Shown piece after piece: positions 59,601-64,000 of a stretch of 64,000 nt of DNA; the first letter of the stretch is position 1, and each line of letters starts with the position of its first letter. The DNA lies in the NCBI GenBank assembly GCA_051531915.1, contig JAOPTQ010000046.1:81923-145922 (forward strand). The letters run 5' to 3'. A model generated the notes under the pieces. That model saw only the letters and a list, made by a program, of their open reading frames with translations, made no database searches and was not told the origin of the DNA. The position numbers and the translations under genes were made by a program. The stretch is from Colwellia sp. GTDB taxonomy: Bacteria > Pseudomonadota > Gammaproteobacteria > Enterobacterales > Alteromonadaceae.

Positions 59601-59722
59601 CAGAAGGGGTTGAAACTAAAGCCCAAATTGATACGTTACTGAGTCTAGGTTGTAATCACTTTCAAGGCTTTTATTATTATAAACCTATGAGCAAACAAAA
59701 AATTGCCGATCTTTTAATATAA
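56684..59722 (+). CDS. Ammonium transporter (Amt) domain fused to PAS-GGDEF-EAL
   Basis: The N-terminal ~400 aa is Amt-like ([48 protein letters not shown], about 11 TM helices). It is followed by PAS, [19 protein letters not shown] and [13 protein letters not shown]. Confidence 0.9.
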   Translation: [1012 protein letters not shown]

Positions 59723-59728
59723 AACTAC

Positions 59729-59868
59729 GTGCCTATGCACTTCACTCAGGTTCGTCATTCCCGTGGTGTCTTAAACGGGGATCTAAGTATAAAAACACCT
59801 AGATCTTCGATTAACACACCTCGAAGATGACGATTACAACTGATGTCTGAGTTATCTACATAGGCATG
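59729..59868 (-). repeat. MITE-like palindromic element, copy 4 (inverted orientation)
   Basis: GTGCCTATGCACTTCACTCAGGTTCGTCATTCCCGTGGTGTCTTAAACGGGGATCTAAGTATAAAAACACCTAGATCTTCGATTAACACACCTCGAAGATGACGATTACAAC...GAGTTATCTACATAGGCATG. Confidence 0.85.
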
Positions 59869-59892
59869 TAAAACTATTGTACACAGGAAACT

Positions 59893-60249
59893 ATGAACAT
59901 TACCCGTTTAGAAACCAAGCAACGTATGAGTCGTATCGTAAAACATAACGGCACTATTTATTTATGCGGTCAAGTGGCTGCTGATGCCACCAAAGATATC
60001 ACCGAGCAAACGCAAACCATGCTTGATAAAGTGGATACTTTACTATCACAAACGGGCAGTGATAGAGAGCACATATTATCAGCAACCATCTATGTGAAAG
60101 ACATGAGTTACTTTGCTGATATGAACGCAGTTTGGGATGCTTGGATTCCAGAAGGACATGCGCCAGCTCGCGCTTGTGTTGCTGCTAAAATGGCGCGAGA
60201 AGCCTTACTCGTTGAAATTTCGGTAATTGCTGCTGAAATTTCACATTAA
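59893..60249 (+). CDS. RidA/YjgF-family (reactive intermediate deaminase-like) protein
   Basis: 118 aa with [22 protein letters not shown] near the C-terminus. The size is typical of the family. Confidence 0.75.
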   Translation: MNITRLETKQRMSRIVKHNGTIYLCGQVAADATKDITEQTQTMLDKVDTLLSQTGSDREHILSATIYVKDMSYFADMNAVWDAWIPEGHAPARACVAAKMAREALLVEISVIAAEISH

Positions 60250-60429
60250 CAGTAACATTAACGCTTTAGTAAAGCCTTGTTCTCACCTAGTTAACTTCTT
60301 ATTTTATACATACGTATGTATTTGTGCTTAAATTAAGTTTTTAGTAAAATTTACCCTTAATTAAGGTTGGTTATAGACTATAGTTAACCTTTATACCAAT
60401 AATAATCTATTTATTTAAGTGAGGATGTT

Positions 60430-61635
60430 TTGCGCAGTATTTTATTTGTCTTATGTGCATTTTTCTTGTGCTTTAATAAAGTGGAAGCTAAAAAAGTTAC
60501 CTTACATTTTTGGTATACATTATCTTCAGATGGTTTTTTTAATGATCTTGCTCAACAATTTTCTGATCAACACACAGATATAGACATTATTACTGAAAAT
60601 TATCCAACCGATAATATGGCGTCAATGCTTATTTTCTCAATGTTGAAAAAGGAAGCACCAGATATTGTCTTATTTCCAAGTGATCTACTGGGCTACTATA
60701 GTGCATTAAAGTTAGGAGAAGTGCCTAGTGGTTGGTTTTCTAAAGCGATAACTAAAGAGTTAATACAGTTAACAGGCGGTGAACGTAAGCATTATGGCAT
60801 TCCTATTTATACAGGAAACCACCTCTTACTTTTTTATAATAAAAGCCTCATTAATAAGCCGGCAACAACATGGCAAGAAATGGCCGAACAAGCGCCTTTG
60901 TTGATGGCTAAAGGTGTTTTACCTTTAGCTATGCGAATAAACAAAATGTACTGGTTTATTGCTTTTTTGAATGCCTATGACGGATTTCCTATTGTGAATG
61001 ATGAAATTGTTATTAATCGTACTGCCATGATCAAAGCGCTTAATGCTTATAAGTTTTTGTTAGAAAAACAGCTCACCCTGAGTGATTGTGATTTAAATTG
61101 TACTAATGACAAGTTTTTTCAAGGTGATTTTGCCTACTCGTTTAATGGCCTATGGTCATATCGAAAAACGAAAGAAAAATTAGCTGAAAATTTTGGCATC
61201 ACTGTATTGCCAACCATTAATGGTTTGCCTCTTAAACCCATGCGCGCTACTACAGTATTAGCGTTTCCTAATAACGCTTTACATAATGAAAAATCGGTGG
61301 CAATAGAAAAATTTTCAATGTATTTGCAAAGTTATGCGGTACAGCAGCAGTTTTATGAAAGAGTGGGTGTTATTCCCGCGCACCGTGATTTAGCAAACGA
61401 GTTAACTAAAAATAATAATAACCATGACACGGTAATATTAGCTCAATTAAAAAATACCATTGCTATGCCAGCCTCACCAGCGATGTCAGCTTTATGGCCT
61501 GGCATGACAAAAACAGTAGCACTGTTTTTAGCGGGTGAATTAAGCGCGGAACAAGCGACAGTACTTATTGAAAATAAAGCAGAGAGAGAGTTAAAAAAAA
61601 TAAAACGATTAGTCGTGGTTAATAATAATGAGTAA
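60430..61635 (+). CDS. Periplasmic solute-binding protein, family 1 (MalE-like), paralog 1
   Basis: TTG start after TGAGGA, and a signal peptide. LHFWYT, DIVLFPSDLLG and GIPIYTGNHLLLFYNKSL match sugar/oligosaccharide SBP patterns. Confidence 0.75.
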   Translation: MRSILFVLCAFFLCFNKVEAKKVTLHFWYTLSSDGFFNDLAQQFSDQHTDIDIITENYPTDNMASMLIFSMLKKEAPDIVLFPSDLLGYYSALKLGEVPSGWFSKAITKELIQLTGGERKHYGIPIYTGNHLLLFYNKSLINKPATTWQEMAEQAPLLMAKGVLPLAMRINKMYWFIAFLNAYDGFPIVNDEIVINRTAMIKALNAYKFLLEKQLTLSDCDLNCTNDKFFQGDFAYSFNGLWSYRKTKEKLAENFGITVLPTINGLPLKPMRATTVLAFPNNALHNEKSVAIEKFSMYLQSYAVQQQFYERVGVIPAHRDLANELTKNNNNHDTVILAQLKNTIAMPASPAMSALWPGMTKTVALFLAGELSAEQATVLIENKAERELKKIKRLVVVNNNE

Positions 61636-62830
61636 ATTACCATTAAAAACTACGCTAGCTGTTTGTTTTTGTTTTGTTTTTTCGGTACCGGTATTTGCAA
61701 AAACCACGTTAAACTTGTGGTATAGCTCTTTTGAAACATCACCACTTTGGCAAAAATTAGAGCAAGACTTTAATTCAACCCATAAAAATATCAAACTACA
61801 AAGTAAAGCCTTTGATCATGAAGAGATGAAACATGCCGTTTTAACTTCTGGTTTTAAACGAAAGTCAGCTGACATTTTATTAATGCCTTCTGATTGGCTC
61901 GGTTATAACAACATGATGGAATTTTCTATTATTCCTGAAAATATCATTCACCCCGAAGTATCAATAAGCACTATTGAAGAAAGCAGCGTTAATGGTTTTT
62001 TGCGAGGTATCCCTTTTTTTAAAGGTAATCATTTACTGTTTATGTACAATAAATCGTTAGTGAGCCAACCCGTTACAACATGGGCTGCGTTATTAGCAAG
62101 CAAAAAAGAATTAGCACAACAAAATGTCACACCGTTGGCTATTGTTTACAATGAAATGTATTGGCTTGTACCCTTTATTGATGCCTTTGGTGGGGAATTT
62201 TTACATCAAGAAAAAGCACTGTTAGATACTCAAGCAACGGTTGCCGCGTTGAAATATTATAAACAATTAGCGCAATTAAAGGTTGTTAATCGTAATTGCT
62301 CTTATCAATGTATAACCACTGACTTTTATAATGGTAAGTATGCTTATGCTATTTCTGGTGCATGGGCTTATCAAGAAGCAAAAGAAGCTTTAGGCAAAAA
62401 CTTTGGTTTAGCACTTTTTCCGTCGTTACAAGGGCATGAATTTAGTTCTTTACGTGCTAATTTGATTTTTACTTTTCCGAAAAATACATTTCATGGGGTA
62501 AAAAATGAAGCACTAATTGAATTTAGTCGCTTTATTCAACAAGAAAAATATCAGCAGCTTATATTTGAGCAAAGTGGTCTTTTACCGGTAAATGAAAAAG
62601 TAATGACAAAAATTTTGAGCCATGCTGATGATGATTTTCAATTATTAGTCAAACAATTTCAGCGCAGTAATAGCACACCCGCAAGCACTTCTGTCGCGGC
62701 TGCATGGAATGGTATGAGTAAAGGTTTTTCTCTTTATATGAATGGAGAAATTAGCGCATCACAAGCCGCTAAATACATGCAGAAAACGGTCGATCGTGAA
62801 CGAGAAATTTTAAATAGGAAGCTTCATTAA
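61628..62830 (+). CDS. Periplasmic solute-binding protein, family 1, paralog 2 (tandem duplicate)
   Basis: Signal peptide. The blocks parallel paralog 1 (LNLWYS, DILLMPSDWLG, GIPFFKGNHLLFMYNKSL). The start overlaps the upstream stop by 8 nt. Confidence 0.75.
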   Translation: MSKLPLKTTLAVCFCFVFSVPVFAKTTLNLWYSSFETSPLWQKLEQDFNSTHKNIKLQSKAFDHEEMKHAVLTSGFKRKSADILLMPSDWLGYNNMMEFSIIPENIIHPEVSISTIEESSVNGFLRGIPFFKGNHLLFMYNKSLVSQPVTTWAALLASKKELAQQNVTPLAIVYNEMYWLVPFIDAFGGEFLHQEKALLDTQATVAALKYYKQLAQLKVVNRNCSYQCITTDFYNGKYAYAISGAWAYQEAKEALGKNFGLALFPSLQGHEFSSLRANLIFTFPKNTFHGVKNEALIEFSRFIQQEKYQQLIFEQSGLLPVNEKVMTKILSHADDDFQLLVKQFQRSNSTPASTSVAAAWNGMSKGFSLYMNGEISASQAAKYMQKTVDREREILNRKLH

Positions 62831-64000
62831 TGCTCGCGAAATTTTTTAAAAGTTTACGTAAAACTTTGTTTCTTTGGACCTTCACCTTTGCGCTTGTACC
62901 CACCTATTTTATTTCTAGCTATCTTATTGGTGAGTTTCAACGCATTCAAATAAATGAACAAATAGAAAAGTTACAGTTTGAAAATTTAAATGTTGCTCAA
63001 TCCGTTGAATTTGAGTTGCAGTTACTCAATGCTCAGTTAATACAAACGTCACAAGATTCTGATGTGGTTTTATCTGCTTATACCGGTGCTTTTGGGAAAA
63101 AAGCTCGAGTAAAGTTGAATCAATTAACCCGTCATAATGCGATGTTAAGTGCAGTAATGATACTGGATAAATCAGGTTGGATTGCTGAAGCATCACCCAG
63201 TAAAGCAGAGCTTATTAACATCGAGGAATTATTAAAAGAAATAGAGAAATTACCTAAGAAAAACCTCAATCGTTTACAGTTTTTCGCTAAAAGGATTAAC
63301 TCGACACTATTTAGTGACGATCTACGTGCCAAATCCTCAATAAATAAGGATATTTTTAATAGTCAAAGTGGGCAGGTATTACTTTATATTACGCCATTAA
63401 TTTTTACTGATTCAGAAATTATCAATACGGGATACTTAGTTGGCTTAGTACCTATAGAGCGCATATTTGATAATTGGCAGTCAAAATTACCGAATAGCCA
63501 GTTAGTTGCCTTGTCGTTGGCTCAAGAAAACTTAATGTTAACTACTAACGATAGTGAAGAAAGTGTTATTTCAGTGAATGCAGATATTGTGCTTGATAAA
63601 AGTGTTTTTACTTATGATTATCTTAATAATAATGAAGCCGTTGATACACAACAGATGTTATTAAGGGCAAGTGTTGAGCGAAATAAAGCCGAAGCATTAA
63701 GTAAAGTGAATCTCTTTATTAATGAATTTAAATTTGTTACTTTGGCTGTTTTATTGATCATATTACTTTTGAATGCTCTTATTATTCATAAATTAGTGAG
63801 TCCATTGAATAAACTTTTACTGGTTGTTAGTAAATATGCAAGTGGAAACTTGCAGCCAGATAAACCTGAACTTTTTTTTAATGAAATAAATCAAATTATT
63901 ACCGTATTAGCAGAATTAGCTAAACGGATTCAATATGACCAACAAAAATTAGAGAGTAGGGTTGAGCAACGTACAGCAGATTTGCAAGTGGCTTACAATA
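62830..64000 (+). CDS. Membrane sensor protein (TM, ~260-aa periplasmic domain, TM, HAMP, coiled coil); output domain lies beyond the window
   Basis: Absent from the ORF track because no stop lies in the window. The ATG overlaps the upstream TAA (TAATG). My translation stays open to nt 64000: MLAKFFKSLRKTLFLWTFTFALVPTYFISSYLIG...FVTLAVLLIILLLNALIIHKLVSPLNKLL...LESRVEQRTADLQVAYN. Confidence 0.8.
   Translation, partial: MLAKFFKSLRKTLFLWTFTFALVPTYFISSYLIGEFQRIQINEQIEKLQFENLNVAQSVEFELQLLNAQLIQTSQDSDVVLSAYTGAFGKKARVKLNQLTRHNAMLSAVMILDKSGWIAEASPSKAELINIEELLKEIEKLPKKNLNRLQFFAKRINSTLFSDDLRAKSSINKDIFNSQSGQVLLYITPLIFTDSEIINTGYLVGLVPIERIFDNWQSKLPNSQLVALSLAQENLMLTTNDSEESVISVNADIVLDKSVFTYDYLNNNEAVDTQQMLLRASVERNKAEALSKVNLFINEFKFVTLAVLLIILLLNALIIHKLVSPLNKLLLVVSKYASGNLQPDKPELFFNEINQIITVLAELAKRIQYDQQKLESRVEQRTADLQVAYN

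Noticed and set aside
63132-63332. A 66-aa minus-strand ORF.
   Set aside because: It is embedded antisense in the open plus-strand sensor gene that runs from 62830 to the window end.

Overview
AT-rich chromosomal segment of a marine gammaproteobacterium. Gene content and order resemble Colwellia/Alteromonadales; this is an inference from synteny and protein sequences, not a search result. About two thirds of the window is conserved housekeeping synteny. The recognisable blocks are prmA-dusB-fis-purH...purD-fbaA, iscX-maeA, ndk-rlmN-pilW-rodZ-ispG-hisS-yfgM-bamB-der, and xseA/guaB-guaA. I found no rRNA, tRNA, CRISPR array, transposase or integrase. Accessory or unusual content: (1) a run of seven small, unrelated, same-strand genes at 2.5-6.2 kb, four of them preceded by a conserved ~48-nt junction motif, so it looks like an integron cassette array but has no integrase; (2) a TonB receptor with a PepSY/DUF3649/DUF3325 iron-uptake cluster; (3) a four-gene operon that reads as a glucosylglycerate (compatible solute) synthesis and recycling cycle; (4) a PTS pair whose EIICB carries tandem EIIB domains, the first with Cys replaced by Asp; (5) an MCP with a Cache-like domain C-terminal to the signalling domain; (6) a ~2.1 kb islet splitting prmA-dusB that encodes a borosin-type (OphMA/SonM-like) backbone N-methyltransferase plus a GNAT, with no visible precursor peptide, which I rate the most interesting candidate system; (7) a 104-bp x4 tandem repeat inside purH-purD, with a solo relative inside guaB-guaA; (8) a family of ~130-180 bp MITE-like palindromic elements (five full copies and one partial); (9) a GC-richer, ORF-free, hairpin-dense ~290-nt region upstream of a YbjQ-YbjQ-M48 protease cluster; (10) dense c-di-GMP signalling (two GGDEF-EAL proteins, one fused to an ammonium transporter, and a PilZ protein), plus two orphan periplasmic binding proteins placed in front of a membrane sensor. 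All functional calls come from reading the supplied translations and from motif memory. No database search was run.
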